Positions 7,894-16,896 of a stretch of DNA of 64,000 bases are shown here, one piece after another. The notes under the pieces are model-generated. The model had not been told where the DNA came from. It ran no database searches and worked only from the letters and a program-made list of their open reading frames with translations. The DNA is taken from the NCBI GenBank assembly GCA_014360005.1, contig JACIYI010000009.1, forward strand, positions 13,347-77,346. Reading direction: 5' to 3'. Position 1 is the first letter of the stretch. Every line of letters begins with the position of its first letter. A program made the position numbers and the translations under genes. The DNA comes from Candidatus Aminicenantes bacterium. Its GTDB lineage: Bacteria; Acidobacteriota; Aminicenantia; Aminicenantales; Saccharicenantaceae.

Positions 7894-8406
7894 ATGAGTG
7901 ACGCCCCGGTTATATACGAAGAAAGGCAGAAACTAAAATTGGGCCTGCTGTGGCTGCCGGTGCTGGTGCCGACGGTGATTATGTGGTATGGCTTATACCA
8001 GCAGATAATCAACCGCCGGCCGGTGGGCACCCACCCGGCGCCGGATGCCCTTCTTATCGTCTTCTTTGCCATCTTCGGCCTGGTTTTTCCCTACTTAATG
8101 CTCAAAACTGCGCTCATTCTCCAGGTCAGACCGGACGGCTTTTATTTCCGTTATTATCCCTTTCACCTGCGCTATCACAAAATTTCCTGGCTGGAAATTA
8201 AGGACGTAGAACTCATCAATTTCTCCGCCATCCGTGACTTTGGCGGTTACGGCATTAAATATGCCAAGGGCGCCAAGATTTATGTGGCCAAGGGGAATAA
8301 AGGCCTAAAGATAACCCTGGGGAGCGGCCGGCAGCTTATTTTCAGCAGCGACAACCCGGAAATGCTACTGAGCTATATGGGCGGCCACTGGCACCGCCAG
8401 CCGTGA
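7894..8406 (+). CDS. Membrane protein: two TM helices plus a bacterial PH-like soluble domain (function unknown)
   Basis: 170 aa. Two hydrophobic helices (LGLLWLPVLVPTVIMWYGLY and ALLIVFFAIFGLVFPYLML) are followed by a beta-rich domain (ISWLEIKDVELINFSAIRDFGGYGIKY...). A GGGGAGAAG Shine-Dalgarno-like sequence precedes the ATG. Confidence 0.5.
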   Translation: MSDAPVIYEERQKLKLGLLWLPVLVPTVIMWYGLYQQIINRRPVGTHPAPDALLIVFFAIFGLVFPYLMLKTALILQVRPDGFYFRYYPFHLRYHKISWLEIKDVELINFSAIRDFGGYGIKYAKGAKIYVAKGNKGLKITLGSGRQLIFSSDNPEMLLSYMGGHWHRQP

Positions 8407-8566
8407 GATATTAAATCTAAAATACAAGAACGGAGAAAAGTGTCATCATTTTTCTGGGTCAAGGGCAAATCATCAAAGGAAGACTTTGATTGTTGCCCGG
8501 ATGCCTATCTGTTAGAATAAAAATTCAAGTCCCGGAATCGAAAAAATACTATCTAAGGAGTTAATT

Positions 8567-11500
8567 ATGAATAGAATTTGCGGAAGATTGTTGCTGAAAA
8601 AATCTTTATGCTCAGGCCTGCTGGTTTTCATTATCTTATTGCTCTTGCCCGCTGCTTCCAGTTTGGCAACTGAAGCCGTGCCGGCTGGTCCGGCACATAC
8701 TGACCAGAGAGGTATTACCCAGAAAGAATACGGGCCGGAGCGGTCAGAACAGGAAGGGATATCTCAAGATAAATCGGGGTCAGCCCAGCCTGATAAACCA
8801 GGAAAGCAGGGCCTCCGCCCGATAGAAATTCGGGACATCCTGTCCTGGAAGAGCATCACCCTTGCCCGGGTTTCGGCTGACGGCCGCTGGTTTATTTACG
8901 ACCTGACAACCAACGAGGGCGACAGCGAGCTGGTGGTTAAGGAGATTGACGGGACAAAAGAGTACCGCTTTCCGCGTGGCGAAGTTCCCCGCGGCTTAAT
9001 GAACTCGGCGATGATCTCCGACGACTCGCGCTGGGTGGGTTTTATATCCTATCCAACTTCTGAAGAGATGAAAAAGCTGCGTAAGGAAAGAAAAAGGGTG
9101 GAACCGAAAGCCCATCTGCTTGACCTGGGAAGCGGAGAAAAGACGGAGTGGACCAGTGTTCGAGAAATAGCTTTCTCCGGAAAGAGCTCGGCCTACCTGG
9201 CGGTGCACAGGCTGGCTCCTGAAGCCCGGGATAAAGAAAAGGAAAAATGGACCGGCTCGGACTTGGTTTTGAAAAACCTTGCTTCCGGTGATGAAATCGG
9301 CTTGGGTAACGTCTCGGAATTTGCTTTCAATAAATCGGGCCGGTGGCTGGCCTACCTGGTGGATGCCCGGGACAGGAGCGGCAACGGTCTGTTAGTTCAT
9401 GACTTAAAAACCGGCCAGGTCAAAGTCCTTGATAGCGGCCGCTTCTGGTATAAAAACCTGCGCTGGGATGACAATGGTCAGGCCCTGACCGCTCTCAGGG
9501 GGCAGGAAAACAAAAAATTCGAGGATAAAGTCTACAGCCTGGTAGCCGTGAAATTTGACCCGGCCTCTGGCAGGCAGGAAAAAGTTGAATACGAGCCGGC
9601 TGCTGACGACACTTTCCCGGAAGGGTTTGGCCTGAGTCCCGATTTTACTCCTTACTGGCTCGAAGATTATGAGGCTGTGGCCCTGGGCATCAAGCAGCTC
9701 AAGGTTAAACCAGTAGCAGAAAAGGATAAGGACGAAAAGGCTGCCGGTCAGGAGAAGAAAGATTCCGCTGAGAAGCCGGAGGCCAGACCGCCCAAAGTTG
9801 AGCAGGTTGACGAGGAGGATATTCCCGATCTTATCCTCTGGCACTGGCTGGATCCCAGGCTACAATCCCAGCAGCAGGTGGAAGAGAGACGGGATGCTTC
9901 CTTCAGCTACCTCTCACTTTACCGGGTGAAGGATAAAAAATTCCTCCGGCTGGCTGACGATGAACTGCGCGAGGTTGTACTTGGCCGGAAATCCGATCTG
10001 GCTGTAGGCTACGACCATTCGCTCTACGAACTCGAAGGAAGTCTCAGCGGCCAGAGATTCAAGGATGTCTACATAGTTGACCTCAAGACCGGCCGGAGAA
10101 AACAGGCTCTCAAGCAGAATCGCTGGTCCTACGGCCTTTCGCCCGACGGGCGCTATTTTCTTTACTACGATGACGGCCATTTCTACAGCCTGGAGCTGTC
10201 CACCGGTCGGAGCTTCAACCTGACTGCGGGGCTGCCGGCCTCCTTTGTGGATGAAGACGATGACCACAACGTGAAAAATCCCCCGGACCGACCCTTTGGC
10301 TGGTCGAGTGACAGCCGTCAGGTGCTGCTTTCCGACGGCTGGGATATCTGGATGGTGGATGCCCACGGGCAGCAGGGGGTCAACCTGACCGGGAACGGCC
10401 TTAAAGACCAGGTTAGATATACCAGGCGGTTTGTTCTGGACCCTGAGGAAAAGGGAATTGACCTGGCGAAACCGCAATATTTTCAGGCCTTCGGCGAGTG
10501 GACTAAGAAACAGGGGATTGCCCTTGTTGACGCCCGGAAGAAGACGTTTCGGATGCTCCTCTGGGGCGATGCCCAGTTCAACCGCCTGCTGAAGGCCGAA
10601 AAGGCAGGACGCTACCTGTACACCAGAGAAACGCACCGTGATTTTCCAGATTTTTACGCTTCCGACGCCCTGCTGGCAAAGGGCCTTCGCATCACCGAGG
10701 CCAATCCCCAGCAGAAGGAGTTCCTGTGGTCGGCCGGCGTACGTCTGGTTGATTACGTCAGCGATAAAGGCCAAAAACTCCAGGCCGCCCTGTTCCTGCC
10801 CGCCGGTTATCAGGAAGGTAAGAAATATCCCACCATCGTTTATATTTACGAAAAGCTTTCCAACAACCTGAACCGTTATTTCCTGCCAACGGCCAACGGC
10901 TTCAACAAATCTTATTACACCAGCCAGGGCTATGCCGTTCTAATGCCCGACATCACCTATACCGTCAACGACCCTGGAATGTCGGCGGTCTGGTGTGTAC
11001 TTCCGGCTCTTAAGGCGGCCATAGCCACTGGTATTGTCGACCCGGAGAGGGTCGGCCTGCAGGGACATTCTTGGGGAGGTTACCAGACGGCTTTCCTTAT
11101 TACCCAGACCGAGGCCTTCGCTGCGGCTGTGGCCGGGGCTCCTCTGACCAATATGATTTCCATGTACAGCTCTATTTACTGGAATACCGGCTCGGCCAAC
11201 CAGCCGATTTTTGAGAGCAGCCAGGGTCGGTTTACGGGCGGTTACTGGGAGAACCTTGAGGCCTATACCCGGAATTCGCCGGTTTACTATGCTCCCAGGG
11301 TGAAGACTCCGCTTCTGCTTCTTCACAACGACCGGGACGGAGCGGTAGTCTTTAACCAGGGTGTTGAGTATTACAATACTCTCCGCCGGTTGAAAAAGCC
11401 GGTGGTCATGCTGGAATACGTAGGGGAGAACCACGGTCTACGAAAGCCGGCCAACCGCACGGACTACACTGTCAGGATGAAAGAGTTTTTCGATCATCAC

Positions 11501-11647
11501 CTGAAGGGTGCGCCGGCACCTGATTGGTGGGAAAAGGGGATTCCTTACCTGAAACTCAAAGACCACCTGAAAGAAAGGGTGAAGGCGCTCCGGGCGGCTG
11601 GTGCCAAACAGAAATCTGAGCCCGAAAAGAAAGAGAGCTTGCGCTGA
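8567..11647 (+). CDS. Secreted S9-family serine peptidase (prolyl oligopeptidase/dipeptidyl peptidase type) with an N-terminal beta-propeller region
   Basis: 1026 aa with a signal peptide. The C-terminal alpha/beta hydrolase domain has the nucleophile elbow GLQGHSWGGYQTA, then LLLLHNDRDGAVV (Asp) and GENHGL (His). The long N-terminal region has repeats resembling TolB/WD40 propeller blades. Confidence 0.9.
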   Translation: MNRICGRLLLKKSLCSGLLVFIILLLLPAASSLATEAVPAGPAHTDQRGITQKEYGPERSEQEGISQDKSGSAQPDKPGKQGLRPIEIRDILSWKSITLARVSADGRWFIYDLTTNEGDSELVVKEIDGTKEYRFPRGEVPRGLMNSAMISDDSRWVGFISYPTSEEMKKLRKERKRVEPKAHLLDLGSGEKTEWTSVREIAFSGKSSAYLAVHRLAPEARDKEKEKWTGSDLVLKNLASGDEIGLGNVSEFAFNKSGRWLAYLVDARDRSGNGLLVHDLKTGQVKVLDSGRFWYKNLRWDDNGQALTALRGQENKKFEDKVYSLVAVKFDPASGRQEKVEYEPAADDTFPEGFGLSPDFTPYWLEDYEAVALGIKQLKVKPVAEKDKDEKAAGQEKKDSAEKPEARPPKVEQVDEEDIPDLILWHWLDPRLQSQQQVEERRDASFSYLSLYRVKDKKFLRLADDELREVVLGRKSDLAVGYDHSLYELEGSLSGQRFKDVYIVDLKTGRRKQALKQNRWSYGLSPDGRYFLYYDDGHFYSLELSTGRSFNLTAGLPASFVDEDDDHNVKNPPDRPFGWSSDSRQVLLSDGWDIWMVDAHGQQGVNLTGNGLKDQVRYTRRFVLDPEEKGIDLAKPQYFQAFGEWTKKQGIALVDARKKTFRMLLWGDAQFNRLLKAEKAGRYLYTRETHRDFPDFYASDALLAKGLRITEANPQQKEFLWSAGVRLVDYVSDKGQKLQAALFLPAGYQEGKKYPTIVYIYEKLSNNLNRYFLPTANGFNKSYYTSQGYAVLMPDITYTVNDPGMSAVWCVLPALKAAIATGIVDPERVGLQGHSWGGYQTAFLITQTEAFAAAVAGAPLTNMISMYSSIYWNTGSANQPIFESSQGRFTGGYWENLEAYTRNSPVYYAPRVKTPLLLLHNDRDGAVVFNQGVEYYNTLRRLKKPVVMLEYVGENHGLRKPANRTDYTVRMKEFFDHHLKGAPAPDWWEKGIPYLKLKDHLKERVKALRAAGAKQKSEPEKKESLR

Positions 11648-11704
11648 CGATTGTGTTAGGTGAAAATAACTTAATAAAAACCTGAATGAAAGGGGGAACG
11701 CAGG

Positions 11705-12895
11705 ATGAATTATTCCAATTCTAAGCTGTCAACTTATGAGACCTGTCCCTGGAAATTCAAATTAGCCTACATCGACCGGCTGGAGGTTGAAGAGGAAGGC
11801 ATCGAAGCTTTCCTGGGGAGCAGGTTCCATGAAGCCATGGAGAAACTCTATTCGGAACTCAAATTCCGGACGATGACCCTGGATGAGGTCAAGGCCTACT
11901 ACGAAAAAAAGTGGCAGGAAAATTTTCACGAGAAGGTGGTCATCGTGGCCCCTGGCAGAACCCCTGACGATTACTTCCGCCTGGGGCTGAAGTACATTGA
12001 AGATTATTACCGTCATTATTATCCTTTTAACCAGAACCGGGTGCTGGGGCTGGAGCAATTCATTGAAATTGAGCTTGAAGGCCGGCGCCGTTACATTCTA
12101 CAGGGCTATGTTGATAGGATCGACCTGACCCCGGAAGGAGTCTTTGAAATCCACGATTACAAGACGAGCTCCTCCTTACCGGAACAGGCCCAGGCCGATG
12201 CCGACCGCCAGTTAGCCCTTTACCAGCTGGGCGTCAAGAAGAAATGGCCCTGGGCTGAAAAGTTCCGGCTGGTCTGGCACTACGTAGCCTTTGACCTGGA
12301 AATCTCCTCCACCCGGACGCCGGAGAAACTGGAAGAGCTGAAACGGGAGATTGTAGAGCTGATTGAAAAGATAGAAGCCGACCGGGAATTCCAGCCGAAA
12401 GAAAGTGTGCTCTGCAACTGGTGTGCCTTCTGGGATTACTGCCCGCTTAAAAAGCACGAGGCGGGGCTCGAAAAGCTGCCGGCCAATGAATACCTGAGCG
12501 AAGAAGGCGTTGTCCTGGTCAATAAGTACATTGAGTATTTGAACCAGAAAAAAGAAGCCGAAGCTGAGCTGGAAAAATTGAAAGAAGCCATAATCAAGTA
12601 TGCCGAGAAAAATAACATTTCCAGGGTGATGGGAAGCGAATTCCATATCACCCTGAGCAAGCAGCAAAGAATTAAAATACCAAATGCCGGCGACGAGAAG
12701 AGAGTCTTGCTGGATAACCTGATAAGGCAGGCCGGTTGGTGGGATAGATTATCATCCCTGGACCGTTATGCCCTGGAAAAGGCCATCAAATCCAGGCAGC
12801 TGGAGGAACAGCTTCTTCAGAAATTGTCCGGACTGATCTCCAGAGAGACCCAGGTAGCCCTCTACCCCGGGAAAAATGAAGGCCCCTCGGATTAA
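11705..12895 (+). CDS. PD-(D/E)XK nuclease, Cas4/AddB-nuclease-like with a 4-Cys cluster, plus a C-terminal extension
   Basis: 396 aa. One Cys near the N-terminus (YETCPWKF) plus CNWCAFWDYC (C-x2-C-x5-C) gives the Cas4/AddB-type Fe-S signature. The nuclease core shows GYVDRIDL...EIHDYKTS (D...D-x-K) and QLALYQL (Q-h-x-x-Y). The last roughly 150 aa are coiled-coil-rich and unassigned. Confidence 0.85.
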   Translation: MNYSNSKLSTYETCPWKFKLAYIDRLEVEEEGIEAFLGSRFHEAMEKLYSELKFRTMTLDEVKAYYEKKWQENFHEKVVIVAPGRTPDDYFRLGLKYIEDYYRHYYPFNQNRVLGLEQFIEIELEGRRRYILQGYVDRIDLTPEGVFEIHDYKTSSSLPEQAQADADRQLALYQLGVKKKWPWAEKFRLVWHYVAFDLEISSTRTPEKLEELKREIVELIEKIEADREFQPKESVLCNWCAFWDYCPLKKHEAGLEKLPANEYLSEEGVVLVNKYIEYLNQKKEAEAELEKLKEAIIKYAEKNNISRVMGSEFHITLSKQQRIKIPNAGDEKRVLLDNLIRQAGWWDRLSSLDRYALEKAIKSRQLEEQLLQKLSGLISRETQVALYPGKNEGPSD

Positions 12896-12949
12896 GCCGG
12901 ACGCAGGCTGACACTGAGCGCTCCGCTCTCTTATGACAGGAGGAGAGAG

Positions 12950-12994
12950 ATTTAGTTTTAAGCAATTAGTTTTGTATCAGGCAGAATTAGTTTT
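12950..12994 (+). repeat. Three direct copies of a decamer (A)ATTAGTTTT in a convergent intergenic spacer
   Basis: ATTTAGTTTT at 12950-12959, AATTAGTTTT at 12964-12973 and AATTAGTTTT at 12985-12994. Start-to-start spacing is 14 nt and 21 nt. Confidence 0.5.
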
Positions 12995-13165
12995 TCCGGG
13001 ACTAAGCTACGGGCGATTATTAGCAGTTCCTAAGAATTGCCGGCTGCAGTCATCTTAAACAAGAAAAGAACCGGCAAAAAATACTGAAAAAAGAACTCAC
13101 CAAAATAATTTTTAGGATGGGTCAAACCTCTGGCCTTCAGGTGCGGTCAGGCTGATCTTTTAAGC

Positions 13166-13193
13166 AGAGGGGACACCTGCAAGTGTCCCCTCT
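13166..13193. terminator. GC-rich hairpin between convergent genes (possible terminator)
   Basis: AGAGGGGACAC-CTGCAA-GTGTCCCCTCT forms an 11-bp perfect stem with a 6-nt loop, 22 nt beyond the stop of the minus-strand HAD gene. Neither side has a clean U-tract, so it is not a textbook intrinsic terminator. Confidence 0.45.
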
Positions 13194-13215
13194 CGTCCTG
13201 AGGCGCAGCTATTAA

Positions 13216-13887
13216 TCAAATATTGTCTGTTTTTTCACTAAGAATAAGGGAGAGTAAATCTTGGGGGGATTGGAGCAACACCCGGGCCCCGCTCCGGACA
13301 AGTTCTTCCTCGTCCCGGAAGCCCCACAGGGCTCCGGCGGCCAGGATTCCGGCGGCCCGGGCTGTTTCCATGTCAACGCAGGTATCCCCGACGTAGACCA
13401 CTTCAGACGGCTTTAGCCCGAGCTCCTGTAAAACCTGGTGAACGGGAGCCGGGTCGGGCTTGACCGGCGTTCCAGGCCTGGCCCCCAGGATGACGTCAAA
13501 TTCAAATGGCAGCAATTCTCTGGTCATCCGGACAGTGAATTCGTGCGATTTATTGGAGAGAACGGCTAACTTCAGTCCGGCTTCTTTCAGTCTGGCCAGC
13601 ACCTCAATAATTCCAGGATAGGGGCGGGAGTGCTGCTTATAGGTGATAGCGTATTCCTGTCGGTATTCCTGGATCAGGTCTTTTATGGCCTCGTCGTCAT
13701 CGGCGATTTCGGGCACGGCTCGTTTGACCAGGACTTCCATTCCGTCGCCGACCATCATCTTGCATTCAGCCTCAGAGTACTGGCGATAGCCGCGGTGAGC
13801 CAGCACCAGGTTCAGGGTGTAGGTAATGTCCTCAATCGTATCCAGCAGAGTTCCGTCTAAATCGAAGATTACGCCCTTGAATTTCAT
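13216..13887 (-). CDS. HAD-superfamily phosphatase (phosphoglycolate phosphatase-like)
   Basis: 223 aa. Motif I VIFDLDGTLLDT, motif II LAVLSNK, and motifs III/IV PKPDP...VYVGDTCVDMETA. Confidence 0.85.
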   Translation of the reverse strand: MKFKGVIFDLDGTLLDTIEDITYTLNLVLAHRGYRQYSEAECKMMVGDGMEVLVKRAVPEIADDDEAIKDLIQEYRQEYAITYKQHSRPYPGIIEVLARLKEAGLKLAVLSNKSHEFTVRMTRELLPFEFDVILGARPGTPVKPDPAPVHQVLQELGLKPSEVVYVGDTCVDMETARAAGILAAGALWGFRDEEELVRSGARVLLQSPQDLLSLILSEKTDNI

Positions 13888-14252
13888 GAGCAGTAATTTT
13901 ATAGACGCCCTTAAGATTCGTCAACTGGCGGTCAGGTAAAGGTCCGGTTGGATAGAAGTCTCAATAAGGGCTTTAAGGAGCTCCAGTCCCGGGGCGTTCT
14001 CAAATTATTTCCTGGATAAAGCCTTAATGTGATTAGCCTTCCGATTTGACCAGATTAATCAGTTTGCTGCTGCTGTTCGTCACATTAATCTTATCCATCG
14101 TCAGACCGTGGTGATTTTTGACAGAAGTAAACGATGGGCGGTTTTTTCAAATTATAAAAAGAGTTTTTAAAGCCTTGATTAAGCTAACAGCCAGGATGAG
14201 GCACAGGCAAAAACTAACTTTCCAGTATTTGATATTTCTATTTTTCTTTCTG

Positions 14253-15842
14253 TCAGTCTGGCTCGGTGAGCTTAATTTCCAGAATGCGGTCGAGGCGAAA
14301 GCAGCGCTCTTCCTGCCGCAGGAAGCAATAGGCCACCAGGGCTTCGAAATCCCGGCCGCGGTATTCCATCGTTCCCAGCGAGAGAGGCTGCACCCGCCGC
14401 TGGCTCTTGGTATCGTCGGGCTTGAGGTAAGTGAGGTCCAGCAATTTTTTCTGCTTGATGGCCTCTTTTATCCGCTGCCGTTTGAGCTCTGCCGGGAGAC
14501 GTTGCTCGGCCTTTCGGTACTGGAATTGCGTCAGGAAGCGGACCACCCGGTAATCCATAAGAATATGGCCCTTCTTGATGGGTTTTTTGAGCACCAGGCC
14601 CCTGAAATTGGTGCAGCGGCTGAGGGCCACGTAGACCTGCCCCGAGGCGAAGGTCCCGCGCCCGATATCCACCACCACCCGGTCAAAAGTCTTGCCCTGG
14701 CTCTTGTGAATGGTGACGGCCCAGGCCAGCCGCAGGGGATACTGGGTGAAGCTCCCGACCACCCGGCTTATGATTTTGTTCTTTTTCCGGTCGTATTCAA
14801 ACTCGAATATCTCCCACTGGTGGGGAAGGACATCAACCAGGGAATCGTCGTGAAGCCGCACCATGATCACATCGGGCTTATCCTCGGCCTCGATGATTTC
14901 TTCCACCCGGCCGATGGAACCGTTGACCCAGCGGCCGTAAGAGTCGTTGTTGAGCAACATTACCTGGGCCCCTTGTTTGACGGCCAGGATTTCGGCCGTG
15001 GGCAGACTGTCCGGGTCAAAGTGGCCCGAGATAACGCCCATATAACGTCGGCTGGCACCCGGCAGCCTGGCCAGCTTTTCTTCATTGAGGCGGTCGGCGG
15101 CTTCGTTGGTGCTGGTCAGGGTGATATAAAACTCGTCTTCAGGCGGGACGAAATCCGGACGGCAGCGGGCGTTGAGTCGGGCCAGTTGCTCCTCGGTTAT
15201 CGACCGGTTGCGGATGGCATTCAACAATTCCAGGAAAGAAGCCTCTTTCTGCCGGAAGACTTTCTCCAGTTCGATGAATTCCAGCTCGAAATTGGGGTCG
15301 TTGAAGGCCCGGGCCGAGAAAAAGTAGGGCGAGTCATAATGAAGGCTGAAGACGGCTTTTTCGCTGTTGGTCACCACCGGCGGCAACTGGTAAAGGTCGC
15401 CGATCAGAATCATCTGCAGCCCGCCGAAGGGCAGGTCGGGAAATTCCCGGTTTATCCGCAGGGCTTTATCCAGGCAGTCCAGAAGGTCGGCCCGGACCAT
15501 GGAAATCTCGTCAATGATCATAGCCTCCAGATTCTTGATGAGGGCCTGCTTCATGGCCGAAAGTTTTTTGACCCGGTCGAGGGTGATGTCCGGCCGGAAA
15601 GCAAAGAAAGAGTGGATGGTCTGACCGCCGACGTTCAGGGCGGCTACCCCGGTTGGAGCCAGGACCACGACGTTCTTTTTAGTGTTGTTACGGAAATAAT
15701 CCAGCAGGGTTGATTTGCCGGTGCCGGCCCGCCCGGTGATGAAAACCGATTTGTTGGTGTTTTCCAGGAGGTCTAAGGTCCGCCTGAAATCCGGCGTGAA
15801 TTCCAGGGCCGGTCTAACTGAGGCTTGGCTGCGGCGGCTCAT
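14253..15842 (-). CDS. pif1: Pif1/RecD-family SF1B DNA helicase with a C-terminal WYL domain
   Basis: 529 aa. Walker A ITGRAGTGKST, Walker B MIIDEISMV, LILIGDLYQLPPV, and AWAVTIHKSQGKTFD with YVALSRC (SF1B/Pif1 motifs). The C-terminal roughly 70 aa, LDLTYLKPDDTKSQRRVQPLSLGTMEYRGRDFEALVAYCFLRQEERCFRLDRILEIKL, match the WYL-domain pattern (...A-Y-C-x-L-R-x-x-x-R-x-F-R-L-D-R-I). Confidence 0.9.
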   Translation of the reverse strand: MSRRSQASVRPALEFTPDFRRTLDLLENTNKSVFITGRAGTGKSTLLDYFRNNTKKNVVVLAPTGVAALNVGGQTIHSFFAFRPDITLDRVKKLSAMKQALIKNLEAMIIDEISMVRADLLDCLDKALRINREFPDLPFGGLQMILIGDLYQLPPVVTNSEKAVFSLHYDSPYFFSARAFNDPNFELEFIELEKVFRQKEASFLELLNAIRNRSITEEQLARLNARCRPDFVPPEDEFYITLTSTNEAADRLNEEKLARLPGASRRYMGVISGHFDPDSLPTAEILAVKQGAQVMLLNNDSYGRWVNGSIGRVEEIIEAEDKPDVIMVRLHDDSLVDVLPHQWEIFEFEYDRKKNKIISRVVGSFTQYPLRLAWAVTIHKSQGKTFDRVVVDIGRGTFASGQVYVALSRCTNFRGLVLKKPIKKGHILMDYRVVRFLTQFQYRKAEQRLPAELKRQRIKEAIKQKKLLDLTYLKPDDTKSQRRVQPLSLGTMEYRGRDFEALVAYCFLRQEERCFRLDRILEIKLTEPD

Positions 15843-16432
15843 TTCCAGTATTTTTTACCACAAAATAGAACTGAGCTGAATCTTCACCCTTTAAGACTTT
15901 ACTAATAAGATGACCCGGCCGGGCGCCTGTTTTTCTCAGAGGGAAGAAAGAAATAGTTCAGGAATTCGGGGTTTCAACATAAAAAGCCCATCCGGAGCTG
16001 AGCATAATTAGCTTAATGGCTCAAGTCCACAGCCAGCCAAGGAGAATCTTTCTTGGCCTCTTAGTCGAGATCGTGCTGCTCAGTTATGAATTAATCTAAA
16101 ATGATGCCCATCTGATGCTTAAGCCCTCAACTGGGCAGCGCAGCACGGCGAAGCTCCTGGAACCAGTCTCGCCGGTTAATCCAATACACGGCCGTTCAAA
16201 ATCTTTCTGAGCTTAACCGGGGCCTGCCCTCAAACCGCTAATATTTTAAAACACCTCTTGGCTATGGTGTTTCCTTCAGCTATCGAGCTGTCGCGGTCAT
16301 CCCGCATGCCGGCCCTGAAGTGGCTGCCGGATCCTCCGTTATCCGTTTGTTTGGGAAGGGCGGTTTGTATTCGCGGTGATTTTCCACTATACTGGAAGCA
16401 ACCTTTATCATTTTTTTATTAAGGAGAAATCA

Positions 16433-16873
16433 ATGGAACTTAAACTAAACAAGGAGCAGTACGAGAAGTTGCTGGAGCTGGTCTACCTGGGTAACTGGAT
16501 GGTCAATGCCTACCGGACCGATGATTATCTGGAAGAATATTCTGAAGTGGTTTCCAATATATTCTCCCAGGCGGAAGCAGCCGGCCTGGAAGGCAAGGCA
16601 GTCAAGGACGAGACCGAGGGCAAGTACCTGCCTTCCTATGATTTTGAAGAGAGCATGCAGGATTTCATCGGCGATTACGACGGCTTCTGCTTCTGGGAAG
16701 AGCTGATCAACCGGCTGGCCGAACGGGATGCCCTCAAGGAATTTGGCAGCACCCCGCTCGATAAGATTGACCTGGAAGAATTCCTGAAAAAGAAATCAGC
16801 CTATCTTCGCAAGTACGAGCAGGAAGTGGAAGAAAACGGCATCCTGCATTTTGAATTCGTCAAGAATTCCTGA
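16433..16873 (+). CDS. Small, strongly acidic hypothetical protein
   Basis: The ORF track begins at a GTG at 16376. I prefer the ATG at 16433, which follows AAGGAG (16421-16426). That gives 146 aa, with 34 D/E versus 17 K/R by my count. No recognisable motif. Confidence 0.5.
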   Translation: MELKLNKEQYEKLLELVYLGNWMVNAYRTDDYLEEYSEVVSNIFSQAEAAGLEGKAVKDETEGKYLPSYDFEESMQDFIGDYDGFCFWEELINRLAERDALKEFGSTPLDKIDLEEFLKKKSAYLRKYEQEVEENGILHFEFVKNS

Positions 16874-16877
16874 GATT

Positions 16878-16896
16878 TCAGCTTAAAGCTGATTTT
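16878..16896 (+). terminator. Weak intrinsic-terminator-like hairpin after the acidic-protein gene
   Basis: TCAGC-TTAAA-GCTGA followed by TTTT, starting 5 nt after the TGA stop. The stem is only 5 bp. Confidence 0.4.

Noticed and set aside
14118-15713. 531-aa ORF on the plus strand, fully antisense to the Pif1-WYL gene
   Set aside because: The translation is low-complexity, rich in G, P, V, L and Q, and has no motifs. The minus-strand frame carries complete helicase motifs. I read it as a shadow ORF produced by codon bias on the opposite strand. The same reasoning applies to these antisense ORFs:
- 5670-6173
- 9914-10774
- 17325-18485
- 18675-19793
- 20166-20834
- 22584-23273
- 27956-28630
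- 31444-32121
- 39267-39944
- 43855-44466
- 56167-56703
- 56918-57643
- 60305-60838
- 61288-62269
16016-16099. 27-codon ORF (MAQVHSQPRRIFLGLLVEIVLLSYELI) in the 590-bp spacer, resembling a type I toxin or small membrane peptide
   Set aside because: No Shine-Dalgarno sequence lies upstream, I could not identify a nearby promoter or antisense RNA, and an ORF of this length is expected by chance. It is worth a look only if Ribo-seq data exist.
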